NCBI GenBank assembly: GCA_951406725.2
Contig: OX597838.1
Location: 6,138,001-6,202,000 of the forward strand
Reading direction: 5' to 3'
Length of the DNA stretch: 64,000 nt
DNA from: Octopus vulgaris
Lineage: Eukaryota
Shown here: one piece after another, positions 39,939-52,810 of the stretch
Layout of the letters: the number at the start of each line of letters is the position of its first letter
How positions within the stretch are numbered: the first letter of the stretch is position 1
Notes under the pieces: generated by a model
Told to the model about the DNA's origin: nothing
The model's database searches: none
Seen by the model: the letters and a program-made list of their open reading frames with translations, nothing else
Made by a program: the position numbers and the translations under genes

Positions 39939-40180
39939 GGAGGCGCGTGGCTTAGTGGTTAGGGTGTCAGCATCATGATCGTAAGATTGTGGATTCGATT
40001 CCTGGACCGAGCGACGAGTTTTGTTCTTGAGCAAAACACTTCATTTCACGTTGCTCCAGTCCACTCAGCTGCCAAAAAGGAGTAACGCTGCGATGGACTG
40101 GAGTCCCATCCAGCTGGGGAACACATATGTCATTGAAACCGGGAAACCGTCTCCATGACCCTGGCTAGGCTTTAAAAGGA
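39939..40180 (+). mobile_element. SINE family C, full length
   Basis: GGAGGCGCGTGGCTTAGTGGTTAGG...GATTCGATTCC head; TTCTTGAGCAAAACACTTCATTTCACGTTGCTCCAGTCCACTCAGCTG...GCGATGGACTGG central domain; matches 48959-49200. Confidence 0.9.
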
Positions 40181-40484
40181 TGTATGTTTTTAAAATTATA
40201 TATGCATGAATGTGTGTGTGTGTGAGCGTGTGTGAAAGCGTGTTTAGTCAGAATTAAAATGGTCGAACTGCTAATAAAATGTAGCAACCGTTCAGTTAAC
40301 CGTAATCGAGTAGTACTCTCTCTTCCTCAATCAAATTTTCATCTGATTTCCATTGTTACATCCATGGCCATCAGACAATTCTCTGCTCTCCCAAAGCAAA
40401 TCTTTACTGGGCCAATTATTTTTTACTACATATTTGTTGTAGATTATCAATCTCCGGTGCCGTTCGATTTGCCTTCAATTTAAG

Positions 40485-40835
40485 ATGTCTGAAAAGAAGC
40501 TATCAAGCCAAACTAGAGGCAGTAGTGCGTAAAGGAACCGTGAAGAAATTGCATTGGATACTTGACGTTATAAAACGACATGATGAGGAAGTAAAATTAA
40601 GGCAGGCAAAGATTTGTCTTGTAACGTTTACAGTGGGACAAATACGTGACAAGAAACAGGAAATTATGCCAAGTGCTCAAGAAACTCCTCCGTTAACTGG
40701 ACGGACCTTTTGTCTTGATAGTTCTGAATGCAATGCTTAAACTAGAATGACTTTTGAGTGAATGCGTCGAGGAAAAGAACTCGCGTAATATGCCGATAAA
40801 CGCTATAGTTATTCAAACAAAACAGAAAATAGGAA
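40485..40835 (+). mobile_element. Tigger/pogo-family transposase N-terminal relic (CENP-B-type HTH domains)
   Basis: ILDVIKRHDEEVKLRQAKICLVTFTVGQIRDKKQEIMPSAQETPPL, then after a frameshift AMLKLE*LLSECVEEKNSRNMPINAIVIQTK. This matches KLDIIKRxE...STVxxIxxKKxEI and MEKLLxxWIE..NQRNMPL...IQxKA. Confidence 0.75.
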
Positions 40836-41243
40836 GGTAAGATTACTAATTTAAAAAATATAATACCCTCACCACATAAACTGAAAAGAATTATCGCTAA
40901 AGGAAGGTCTGCGGGTGTTCGCTGATAATCATCCTAATCGTGAACGTAAAACAAACATTACAAATACAGATTATAATAAGATCATTTCACATATTGAGTT
41001 GTACAAAAGACACGATGCTTCTTAAACAACAAAGGACTTTCGATAAGTTCTTCACCCCTTAAAATGACGTTCGTTTATTCAATATTTCCTACCCGGTAAG
41101 AAAAACAAAAAACAAAAGACGAAAGGTTAGAATTTAGTCACCGACTCTCTTGTCAAAGAATGTCTTCGGGCTACACCGCGGAGCAAGACAACTGCCGGAA
41201 GCCATCAAGAAAGTAAGCACGGCAGTTAAGACCAGTTCAAGAA

Positions 41244-41464
41244 GGCGGCGAGCTGGCAGAAACGTTAGCACGCCGGGCGAAATGCGTAGCCGTATTTCGT
41301 CTGCCGTTACGTTTTGAGTTCAAATTCCGCCGAGGTCGACTTTGCCTTTCATCCTTTCGGGATCGATAAATTAAGTACCAGTTACGCACTGTGGTCGATG
41401 TAATCGACTCAATCCGTTTGTCTGTCCTCTCTGTGTTTAGCCCCTTGTAGGCAATAAAGAAATA
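41244..41464 (+). mobile_element. SINE family A, young full-length copy
   Basis: Near-identical to copies at 26201 and 45467. Confidence 0.93.
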
Positions 41465-41896
41465 AGATGTCTATGGTTGATATGAAACGGCAAGTGGGAC
41501 GTATTCCAATTGATTTACAAGAGCTTCAGTAGCTACTCCTAATTCTGCGTATGACAGAGTAACTCTGAGTTTCAATTCACCTACGATTTTCGTATATGCA
41601 TGCCAGTATTTCCAGCAGAGTGCTTTCCTTTATAGTCTAAAAATTGCTAAGAATTTTTTTCCAGGTATGGGAGCTGAAAAAGTGTTGCATAACTTTTAAT
41701 GGAAATATACATTACCCGCAAACATAATGTAAATTATACGCACACACATGCCCAAGCAAAACACACACGCACGCACACATTACATATATATAGATAAATA
41801 TGAGCGTGTATGTGTGTATGTAGTTTACTATGTATTCAGAATGTTTTGGCTATACACAAATATATTTATACGCCCACTTAGATGCATATGTATGTC

Positions 41897-41933
<37 letters not shown>

Positions 41934-42625
41934 TGGCGTTCGATAATACGTAGAGTGGAGACGCATCCTACTCATCATGTATTCTGTTCATGTCAACACG
42001 CAATCATATTACGCACACATGCAGCAATCCTTTTGAACACGTATACATCTACTCCATTTTAGCATCTATTACAATATCCTTTTTGTGACATGTTTTTGCC
42101 GATCATTTTTCTTTTTGTGTCACATTACTCAACAACATTTACTGCATATTTCTGAATCTTTTTTTTTTCCATACATAATACACAATCATTTTTTTTTTAT
42201 TCAAATCAGATATTTTTTAATCATTTCGTCACATTATTTTCTACGATTTTACGATTATTTTCATCAGATTTTATCCAATCTTACTATTTTTTTTTTTTTT
42301 ATCAGATATTTGTCAATCCATTTTAACTATATTACTCTATTACTTTTATCAAATAGCACATTATCATTATCGAATTCAAGATTCGAATGTGATAAAGCTT
42401 ATATATGATACCACAAGCTAGAATCAAAATCAATGTTATACGCTATATATGTCGCTCCTCAGAAGGGATGTGTGTTAGTTGAAAATTTAGTACAATGTAG
42501 AAGAAAATCAGTGTTTCTTCTGCGATTCTGGCTACCGACATTAGATTTTCAAATCTGCTCGGCTCGAGGAAATAAATACAACATATCAATTACTTAAAAT
42601 CATATATATATATATTATCATCCCC

Positions 42626-42912
42626 ATTGTGACCGTCCAGGCTATCAGATGTTGCTACACATCACTGGTCACAATGCGCTTCGCATTCTTTTAGCCTCCA
42701 AATGACGCTACCCCGCTGGCTAAGCGAGCAGGCCAACAGAAGAAAGAGTGAGAGAAAGTTGTGGCGAAAGAATACAGCAGGAATCGCCACCCCACCCCCT
42801 GTCGGAGTCTCGTAGAGCTTTAGGTGTTTTCGCTCCATAAACACTCACAACCATCGGTCTGGGAATCGAAACCGCGAGTCCGCTGCCTTGACCACTGGGC
42901 CATTGCGCCTCC
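42626..42912 (-). mobile_element. SINE family D, near full length
   Basis: Reverse complement GGAGGCGCAATGGCCCAGTGG...GGTTTCGATTCCCAGACC...CAACATCTGATAGCCTGG; matches copies at 52811 and 59498. Confidence 0.9.
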
Positions 42913-43642
42913 ACACACACGCACACACATATATATATGTATGAAGTGAACTGAGATATATCATTCAGGTGTTTTGATAATATGACGCACATCTCGGAAG
43001 GGAAGGCTGAAATTTATAAGATAGCTGTTTAAAATGTGACTTACCCACTGAGCTCCTAAATTTGCGAAGCATCCTTACATTATACATGATAAAGACAGCA
43101 TTAAAAATGCAGTTAGCAAATTGTGCTTCATCGGGTTTTGTTTGACCAACCTTGCATCATGTCGTTACCATGCCGATACCGTATGGGGGATGTTTTGGCA
43201 AAAGGACACATTTAATATCAGTACTGGAATTGATATTATAGAGAAATTCAGATTTCTGCATGAAAATTGCATGGACCACGTACTGGTATTTTATTGACAT
43301 TGTCCAAAATTCTTATTTTTAACACTTTTAAAAAACAAAACGTCACTGCAGTTACACGAGCGTCGTTCTTGGACACGATTATTAACTTCACATTTTCATT
43401 GTCTAAGCTAAGTTTCTTTCCTGTAAAAACACTACATTACAAACTTTGGCGAGATAGAATTATCACATTTCCATGCTTGTAACTATCTTTCGACCTATTT
43501 TGTTCCCTGATATTTCACGGGAACGACGCCAGTGCTCTCCGTCGCATGGCCGCTCCCGTGTGCAAATCGCTTTCGAGGCAAACCCCACTCAAGCGAAGCC
43601 CGAGCCACGACAGAGGACCCTGAGAAATTTGGTTGCGCATCG

Positions 43643-43686
43643 ATGCCCCTACTTTTGGTGACCGCAGCCACCATCTTCAAGGACGT
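43643..43686 (-). ncRNA. Degenerate Penelope-type hammerhead-like motif
   Basis: GUCC-UUGAAGA-U-[GGUGGC UGCG GUCACC]-AAAA-GUA-GGG: 6-bp stem II between a UGANGA box and a (G>A)AAA box. Confidence 0.4.
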
Positions 43687-44109
43687 GTCTGCATTACTCA
43701 GTTCTCCAATGCCAAACTCTAAAAGGATTCACATCGGATAAATTGTGTACTTTCGGATGCTTCTTAAAACATTTAGTCGACTACCAACATACCCTCAGAT
43801 TATAGGTTTTGGTCGATTGGGGTTATCACAAGGATACATAACACATACAGCAGCTGCTGAAACAATGATGTCAGCAATGACGTTCGCAATTATTTCCCAA
43901 GATTATTGTTGAAGAGAATGAGTCATTCCCGGATATAAAATGAATAACGTTAGTTACTCTGAACAGAAGAACATTGTGACGTGTTTGAATTTATAGATGC
44001 AAGATTAGGCAGCGGGAGGAGAGACTGCACTTACACACACACATACACACACACACATACATACACATACACACACACACACACAATTCTTATATTTCAT
44101 TTGTTTCGA

Positions 44110-44422
44110 TTCTTAAACACCGCGTTGAAAAATAAATCCACCCTAGTAACTTTTACTTTTGATAAGCCTGGTACTTATGCTGTTCAAACAGCTAAATTAC
44201 GAGAAACGATGGAGTGGTTAGAAAACGGATACAAAGTCAAGTACACACACACACACACACATATATATACATATATACGACGAGCTTCTTTCAGTTTCCG
44301 TCTACCAAATCCTCTCAGCAGGTTGTGGTCGACCCGCGGCTACATTCGAAGACTCTTGCCGAAATTGCCACTTGTAATCCTGTGGTTGGGAAGCAAGCTT
44401 TTTACCACACAGACACTCCTGC
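44110..44422 (-). mobile_element. SINE family B, diverged
   Basis: ACGACGAGCTTCTTTCAGTTTCCGTCTACCAAATCC...TGTGGTTGGGAAGCAAGC...ACCACACAGACACTCCTGC. Confidence 0.8.
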
Positions 44423-44425
44423 ACA

Positions 44426-44476
<51 letters not shown>

Positions 44477-44524
44477 GTATGTATATATATATATATATAC
44501 GTGTGTGTGTGTGTGTGTGTGTAG

Positions 44525-44601
<77 letters not shown>
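44525..44601 (+). repeat. (TAGA)n tetranucleotide microsatellite
   Basis: About 19 perfect units. Confidence 0.97.
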
Positions 44602-45466
44602 GTTGTTTGTATACATGCACGTGATATACATAACACATACGTCAGTGTACGTATGGCTATTATACATATACCTCATTACAACAATTAGCTGGTATACATG
44701 TTGTCTGGTTGCTTTCTCCCTACAAGTTTTCCATCGTATAGAGAGAGGAGAGAGAAACATGTAGAAATGCAAAGAGAGTTAACCCTAAGAGATGCAGTGT
44801 GAGTGTGACTCGTACGTTGCCAGACAATGATTAAAGGGATGCTGTACGTAAACATTGTGGAGAGAGAAAGAATGATGGAAACTGAAGAGAAGGAAGAGGA
44901 GGACATGGAAGGGGTGGGGGTGGGGTTACGAGCTGCAGCTCTGCGTAGAAGGAAAGTTCAATAATTAATACATTCAGCTATATTCGTACTAATTTTCTAC
45001 CTCAAATAATGCAATTGTTGTTTTGATAAAGATTAGAACTGCGGGTGTCGCCAAAATATATCGTCCGATATAAATCTCTTATTTAGCGCGATAGAGATGG
45101 CCAGATATCCTACCTCAGTTGACCAATAACATATGAGACTCGCGAGTATGGGAGGAGTTATAGATATGACAAAAAAAAAAAGGAAAAACTCTAAAACAAA
45201 ACAATAATGTTTTTGTTCAGTTTTATTTGGATTTTTTTTTTTAAAACTTTTTGTTTTTGTTTCGGATCTGGAAATGCGTATACGTTTCCTCATTTCCTAC
45301 AAGCATGGATGTATTTGATAAAAGGTTGGTTCGTATACCACATTTCCTAACAACAAGTTCTCATGGCGGGATGGCGGGGTGATATACTATTCATATGGTG
45401 TTTGATATTACGAATTAGACATTACTGCCTATGACGCTGAGGGCTGCAATAACTGTGTTGTTTTAA

Positions 45467-45696
45467 GGCGGCGAGCTGGCAGAATCGTTAGCATGCCGGG
45501 CGGAATGCTTTACGGTATTTCGTCTGCGTTACGTTGTGAGTTCGAATTCCGCCGAGGTCGACTTTGCCTTTCATCCTTTCGGGGTCGATAAATTAAGTAC
45601 CAGTTACGCACTGGGGTCGATGTAATCGACTTAATACCTATGTCTGTCCTTGTTTGTCCGCTCTGTGTTTAGCCCCTTGTGGGCAATAAAGAAATA
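45467..45696 (+). mobile_element. SINE family A, young full-length copy
   Basis: Complete from head to AATAAAGAAATA tail. Confidence 0.93.
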
Positions 45697-45862
45697 GGTA
45701 TTACGTCTTACTTTATGTTCTGAGTTCAAACTCTAGCGCGGTCGACTTTGCCTTTCGTCCTTTCGGGGTCGATAAATTAAGTACCAGTTGCTTACTGGGG
45801 TTGATATTATCGACTGGACCCCCCCAAAAAAAATTTCGGGCGTTGTGCCTAGAGTAGAAAAG
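45697..45862 (+). mobile_element. SINE family A (older subfamily), 5'-truncated and abutting the previous copy
   Basis: Starts at the internal motif GGTATTACGTCT, then GTTCTGAGTTCAAA...GCCTTTCGTCCTTTCGGGGTCGATAAATTAAGTACCAG. Confidence 0.88.
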
Positions 45863-46373
45863 TATAACTGTGTTATTTGTACAGCAATTAAAATTCTGGT
45901 TAAGTCGACCTGTATTATTGCAGACGGACGTGCTAGCATACACAATATAATAGCTGTCTCAAATATTGCCTAATATGGTAAGAAGTTGAACAGAAAACGT
46001 AGAGCTTATGTCGTTGAGTGTACAGTTCTACGTTGCAAAACGAAATACCCCACTTTTATATATTAAATACTGTTGGTCCTGTTCCAATGTCAAAAATTAA
46101 TAATGAACACCCGAGGGCAGTACTCTACATGAATGGTAAACAGTTTCTGAAATATAAATGTTCGAGAACAATCGATCGAACATCTTTTTACCCTATTACG
46201 TTTTCAAAGATTTCTTCATTATATTTTATGGCCATGCTGTAGCAATGGCTTCAAGACAAGTCGTGTAAATAAACTCTGATATGAGCATTTGTTTAATTTT
46301 GAATAACTGACTGCCAATAAGCCTATACCGACTAAGCTTGCTGAAACCTCGAAGTCATTGTCAACAATATTTT

Positions 46374-46404
<31 letters not shown>

Positions 46405-46409
<5 letters not shown>

Positions 46410-46617
46410 TCTATTAAATGCACAAGGCCTGAAATTTGTGGGGAGGGAATTAGTCGATTATATCGACCCTAGTGTTTCACTGGTACTTATTTTATCGATT
46501 CCGAAAGGATGGAGGGCAAAATGACCTCGGTAGCATTTGAACTCATAACTTGAGGACGGACAAAATATAGCGAAGCATGTTTCCCGGTGTGATAACGATT
46601 CTGCAAGCTCCCCGCCT
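46405..46617 (-). mobile_element. SINE family A (older subfamily)
   Basis: CACAAGGCCTGAAATTT...CACTGGTACTTATTTTATCG...TTTGAACTCA...AACGATTCTGCAAGCTCCCCGCC; (AAT)n on both sides. Confidence 0.85.
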
Positions 46618-46644
46618 TTTTAATAATGATTAATAATAATATTA

Positions 46645-47116
46645 TCCTCATGTGCATTGTTTTGTCTTGGTATAAAAGATGGGCTACAGCAAATATTCTG
46701 CTCAATACTACAGATTTGCTCTTCAGTTGGTTGACCGTAACCAGTTGAGAGCATGTCACTTAGTGGCAGACGATATGTACATCTCTGATCACGAGTGGGA
46801 GTAGTGAGGGAGCATCATAGCCATGTGTTGAGAGGAATTTTGTGAGGATTGAATCATTCACTTCTGAAATCATGGGCGTTTTGTGCATCATCCTGAAACA
46901 AACTTTATTCAGGGACCTTTTGAGCGGGACGGGCTACTCAGCCTGAAGAAAATTTCTAACTGGACCCCACCAGCAACGTTTTCCGCTGTATATATTGATA
47001 TGAGATCATCATGTCGTGCACATATGGTCGTGATGAATGCGCCTAGTGTAAACTTATAAGACGGGCAGTCACAATGAGTATATTGAGATTCGGATAATTC
47101 TACCCTAGTGTCACTC
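46645..47116. repeat. Unclassified interspersed-repeat-like block bounded by (AAT)n
   Basis: Higher-complexity block flanked by AAT runs. It resembles a common octopus repeat from memory only, and there is no second full copy in the window. Confidence 0.35.
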
Positions 47117-47259
47117 AATAATAATAATAATAATAATGATAATAATGATATTCCATGATTCAGTATGAGGCACTGTCTCTCATGGCTTCTGATCTTAACT
47201 GATTAGAAGTGTCATCATGTATATTGTTCGAACAAATTGACAGCAGGACTTAATCTTTG

Positions 47260-47540
47260 TAAGACTGGTACTTATTCTACAGGTAACTTTTGCCGAACCG
47301 CTAATTTACGTGGACGTAAGCACACCATCATCGGTTGTCAAGTGATGGGGAGGGGACTAAAATACACAAATATATATATTACGGGTTTCTCTCATTTTCT
47401 GTCTATCAAATCCACTCACAAGGCTTTGGTCGGAACGTGGTTTTTAGTAGAAGATGACACTTGCCCAAGGTGCCACGCAATGGGTCTGAACGAGGAACCA
47501 TGTGGTTGGGAAGCAAGCCTCTTACCGCATAGCTACGCCT
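47260..47540 (-). mobile_element. SINE family B, diverged
   Basis: TTTTGCCGAACCGCTAA...ATCGGTTGTCAAG...AAATCCACTCACAAGGCTTTGGTCGG...ACACTTGCCCAAGGTGCCACGCA...GAACCATGTGGTTGG. Confidence 0.88.
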
Positions 47541-48958
47541 ACGGCTATCCTTCATACTGAAAGGAGATAATTGTTGTAAAATATTCATCACATCTGGAAT
47601 GTGTGTGTCACTTATCCAGGAAGACCAGAATGGAATCTTGGGAGACAAACTGTGACATGAAAATACCGTAATATCTGAATGGAATGGTACTGGGACGAAC
47701 TGTGAGTGTAGTTACTGGCGAACCATGTTTTTCCACTCCCGCATGTCATTCTGCCGGGAAGATTTTAACCGTATGCTGTCGATTTAATCTCGAATCAAAG
47801 TATGAAGGCATATACAAGTGAATTAAACAACTTGAGTCTGTCCTACTACCAACAACTTTTCGATTAATCTCTCTCAGATAATAACCACGACCCTAAAATC
47901 AAAACGAGAATATTGAATGAATGAATGAATTAATTAATTAATCAACTAATGATAGATGTAATATGATTGAAAATAACCACGACTTGCCATTAGTTGCTCA
48001 GCAAAACTGAGAATGAATTTGTGCAACTCGACTACAACAGAACTAAACTCCGCAGTAAACGGTGACTCCGACACCGAAACAAAATCAACCAGTCAAAGAG
48101 TGTCCCAGTGTAATCATTCATTCAACTCGACTATTAATAGCATCCGAATTTCCTATCATCACATCGCAGATTCTTAAAACAAGAATCTTATATAACACAT
48201 ATAATTATATAGCATTATTTAAACTTACATAGCGTTACATAATTTCCTCCTAGATGCTACGCTAAAATGACTGGATGGTCAGCAGTGAAGCGAGTTTCGT
48301 TTCATTAGATTTGACCTGAGGTCAAAAAATAGCAACCAGACAATGATCATCCAAATACACAAATCTTGAAATTGCAACAGCATCAGAACCAAACCATGCG
48401 CGTCCTCGCATCCTGCTAATATTCAGTGTTAAATTCGCCTTCAGTCATAAGTTACACACTTAGGAATAGAAAGAAGCATTAGTCTATATCCTGAATAAAT
48501 TATGTCTGAAGTAAAGACAGCATAGACGAGGCTGGTCAATTTTTTATCATCGTGCATCATTACAGGAGCACACTTGGGATTAGACATAAAATATAACTTC
48601 AATAGCAACACTAATAAAAATCAGAACCAGAGTTATATTTGACAGCAACGTAAACTCCAATGACGACGTTGTAAAAATTTCTAACAGTTTTATAATCTTC
48701 TGGCAGTGATAGGTTCAAAACACATTCAGCAGAAGTGGTGACGGAAGGTTAACAGTTGCTACAGGGTATTTTCTTACTCGAATAAATTCAGGATAAATTT
48801 TTCCTTCAACAGTTTTTCATCGACGTATTATTACGTCATTCGCCTACCATTGCCTTACAGCTTTCGCGCGCAATCGAGGATAGATTAGTATGAGCATATT
48901 ACATATTGACGCTGTTGGTAGCTGGGGACCCAATGGAGTCGGTACGTTAGACAATATA

Positions 48959-49200
48959 ATAAAAGATAAATGCGCCAGTTTAAAGCCTAGCCGGGCTCAT
49001 GGGCCCGGTTTTCTCGGTTTCAATGGCGTATGTGTTCCCCAGCTGCACGGGACGTTACTCATTTTTGCCAGTTGAATGGACTGGAGCAACGTGAAATGAA
49101 GTGTTTTGCTCAAGAACAAAACGCGTCGCCCGGTCCAGGAATCGAAACAACAATCTTACGATCATGATGCTGACACCTAACCACTAAGCCACATGCCTTC
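48959..49200 (-). mobile_element. SINE family C, full length with 15-bp TSD
   Basis: Matches 39939-40180; TSD ACGTTAGACAATATA at 48944-48958 and 49201-49215. Confidence 0.93.
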
Positions 49201-49216
49201 ACGTTAGACAATATAT

Positions 49217-49446
49217 ATTTCTTTACTGCCCAGAAGGGGCTAAACACAGAGAGGACAAACAAGGACAGACGAAGGGATTCAGTCGATTATATCGCCCCCA
49301 GTGCGAAAATGGTGCTTTATTTATCGACCCCGAAAAGATGAAAGACAAAGTTGACCTCGGTTGAATTTGAACTTAGAACGTAACGACAGACGAAATACCG
49401 CTAAGCATTTCTCCCGGCGCGCTAAGGTGTCTGCCAGCTCGCCGCC
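49217..49446 (-). mobile_element. SINE family A, full-length copy
   Basis: ATTTCTTTACTGCCC...AAAGTTGACCTCGG...TCTGCCAGCTCGCCGCC. Confidence 0.92.
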
Positions 49447-49914
49447 TTAAATATAAAAGAACGATGCATCACAACCGTGTTGTTTGGTTTCTAAGCCCTT
49501 AAGGATGAAAAAGAAAGTACGCTCGACAGGATTTAAAGTAAAACCATCGAGGTTCAAAACAAATGTTTCAGCCAATTATTACTGATGCTCTACCGACTCT
49601 GATAAGTGATGTCTCGATGTTTGCGTGAATGTACGAATCTCTGTGTATGTGCACACCGATATGCGCATTGTTTTTGCTCGCGTTCATACACACTCACACA
49701 CAAGAGGGCGCGCGCACGCAAACATATACACTTATTTTATTCTATAGACACAAGAATCTCGTGAGTAGGAACGCACAGAATCACATTCGTCAGTGTAATT
49801 CACGATATCTACATGAACTAAATACCGTTTGCACATATAGTGATATCTACGTGTTCTTTTCTCTCTCCTTTCTTTCTCATCCTCTGTATCATATGCATAT
49901 AGTTGCAATGATAG

Positions 49915-50100
49915 ATCGTTAGCCAATACACACATTTTTTTCTCTCCTTGTTTTTTTTCTGTGTCTCTTTCTGTAGAAGAGCGTAGGCTCGAAACGTAAA
50001 AGACTTTTCTATTCCTGAGCGTTATACTAATACATCTGTTTGTTTTGTACCCCATCTGTTTTCGTCTTTTGTTTTTTTCTTTTTTGTAAATTCTTCCTAT
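49915..50100 (+). mobile_element. Short non-coding element family F (best copy), ending in a TA tract
   Basis: Homologous to 21850-22030 and 60525-60631; contains the hammerhead-like motif. Confidence 0.7.
49966..50003 (+). ncRNA. Minimal type I hammerhead ribozyme-like motif (A6U variant)
   Basis: UCUUU-CUGUAGA-A-[GAGC GUAG GCUC]-GAAA-CG-UA-AAAGA: perfect 5-bp stem I, 4-bp stem II, palindromic ACGU stem III and GUA cleavage triplet. Confidence 0.65.
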
Positions 50101-50104
50101 ATAC

Positions 50105-51020
<916 letters not shown>

Positions 51021-51823
51021 GGTAGACAAGAACTGTCTTTCTTAATGCGCTAAGAAATCATCTATAGGTAATTGAATCACCCTAGTCCGTGTCTTTCTAC
51101 TAGGGACTCTTTTCTGTATGACTAGATTTGGAAATTTGTAATTTCTTATTGCCGTAGTCTTTAATCTATAGCTTAGAGGTTTTGCTCTGAGATCAATTGT
51201 CAGAAGCCAAAGAGAACCAGAAAGCTATTCCACAACAAGTGATGGATTCTCTTCCCAATTATGACGAACACTTGTTTCTCTGTTGCTCGATGTGCGCAGC
51301 GATAAATTATGTAATTTTTGAGAGCGTAACTGTGTTAACCCCTGGAAGGTGAAAAGCAGGTATATCCGCTTAAAATTACATTATTGTTAACTGTGGATTT
51401 CTCTGCTTAGGCTGCCAGAAAAGGAGACACCCAACTCTCATTTCTCTTTATTTTTTATTCTCTCAAATCTTGATATTCTTCTTTACATATTTTCACCAAA
51501 TATTACCTTAGAGAGCAAAGATCAAATACTTTTAGTCGTTTATCTCAGGACCGTACCTACAGGAGACACTGAAAACGTATAGTAGAAGAAGATTTCTATT
51601 CTTATTTTTGTGTAGATCATTAACATTTTTACGAGGAAGACCATGATATTCAATCACGCAGTGCAGGATTTAATAAGGCAGAATCTTGTTCACATATAGC
51701 CTAAGCAATCACTGTAAGGAGCCTGGAGCTTCGCGCTACAGTAACATTCGTCTACATAGTGAAGAAAATTTGCGTGTTCTCTCTTAGGATTTTTTGCTTA
51801 TTATCATCAACATCATCATCGTT

Positions 51824-51855
<32 letters not shown>

Positions 51856-51857
51856 CA

Positions 51858-52046
51858 GGCGGCGTGCTGGCAGAATCGTTAGCACGTTGGACGAAATGCA
51901 TCGTTCCCAGTTCAAATTCAGCCGATATCGAGTTTGCCTTTCATCCTTTTACAGCCGATGAAATAAGTACCAGTTGAGTACTTGGGTCGATGTTAACGAA
52001 TTATCCCCTCGCCCAAATTTCAGACCTTGTGCCTATAATAGAAAGG
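51858..52046 (+). mobile_element. SINE family A (older subfamily) within (ATT)n
   Basis: GGCGGCGTGCTGGCAGAATCGTTAGCACG...GTTCAAATTC...GCCTTTCATCCTTT...ACCTTGTGCCTATAATAGAAAGG. Confidence 0.87.
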
Positions 52047-52303
52047 ATTGTTATTATTATTAATTAATATTATTATTATTATTATTATTATTGTTATACA
52101 TTCTTCGTCTGGAGGACAGGCCGTATGCATGAGGTCTGATAAAGGGCACCATGATGGGTTGATAGAAGTGAGAAAAGGAAAATTAGAACAGAGGATCCTG
52201 TCAGAGTATTTGCAAAGCAGGAAACCACGCTAAAGGCACTCAACAGATCATAAATGCATACTGGTATCAAAACAATTATTTGAAAAACTTCGTACACACA
52301 AAC

Positions 52304-52359
<56 letters not shown>

Positions 52360-52369
52360 ATCTGTATCG

Positions 52370-52780
52370 GTACAGGATTGGCTATGTCGCAAGAAGCTTG
52401 GATTCAGTCTTACGGCACAGCATTTTGTTCAAGTGAATTGGCACAATAGCTCCGGGGCGACCCAAGTTTCGTGAGTAAGAGTGGTAGGCGGAAACTGTAA
52501 GAAACCTGGCGTGTATGTGTGTATAAGTGTATGTGTGTATCTGTTTGAGTGTTATTCTGATTGAATTTCTCCGCTCCCCACTCCACATACACCCATACCA
52601 CTTTCCAACCAGATCTGTTCCGTTTTCGTCAGCGTAACGTGGCGATACGGTATAGGAAACCGGTAAAATAAGTGCCAAATCAAGAACAAACCAAAAACAA
52701 AGCTACCCGGGGTGAATTTGTTCGACAAAATCTTTCAAGGCGGTGCCCCAGCATGGACTCCAACTAATGACTTAAACAAG
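52370..52780 (+). mobile_element. SINE family B, highly diverged
   Basis: CAGGATTGGCTATG...GATTCAGTC...GGTAGGCGGAAACTG...AATAAGTGCC...AAGGCGGTGCCCCAGCATGG...AATGACTTAAACAAG. Confidence 0.75.
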
Positions 52781-52810
52781 ATATGTGTGTGTGTGTGTGT
52801 GTGTGTATGT

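Noticed and set aside
43254-43420. Minus-strand phase-1 open frame after tttttacag, as a next exon for the signal-peptide exon (also micro-exon candidates near 12068-12091 and 31595-31666)
   Set aside because: The peptides are unrecognisable, and such splice-like motifs are expected by chance in 60 kb of AT-rich DNA.
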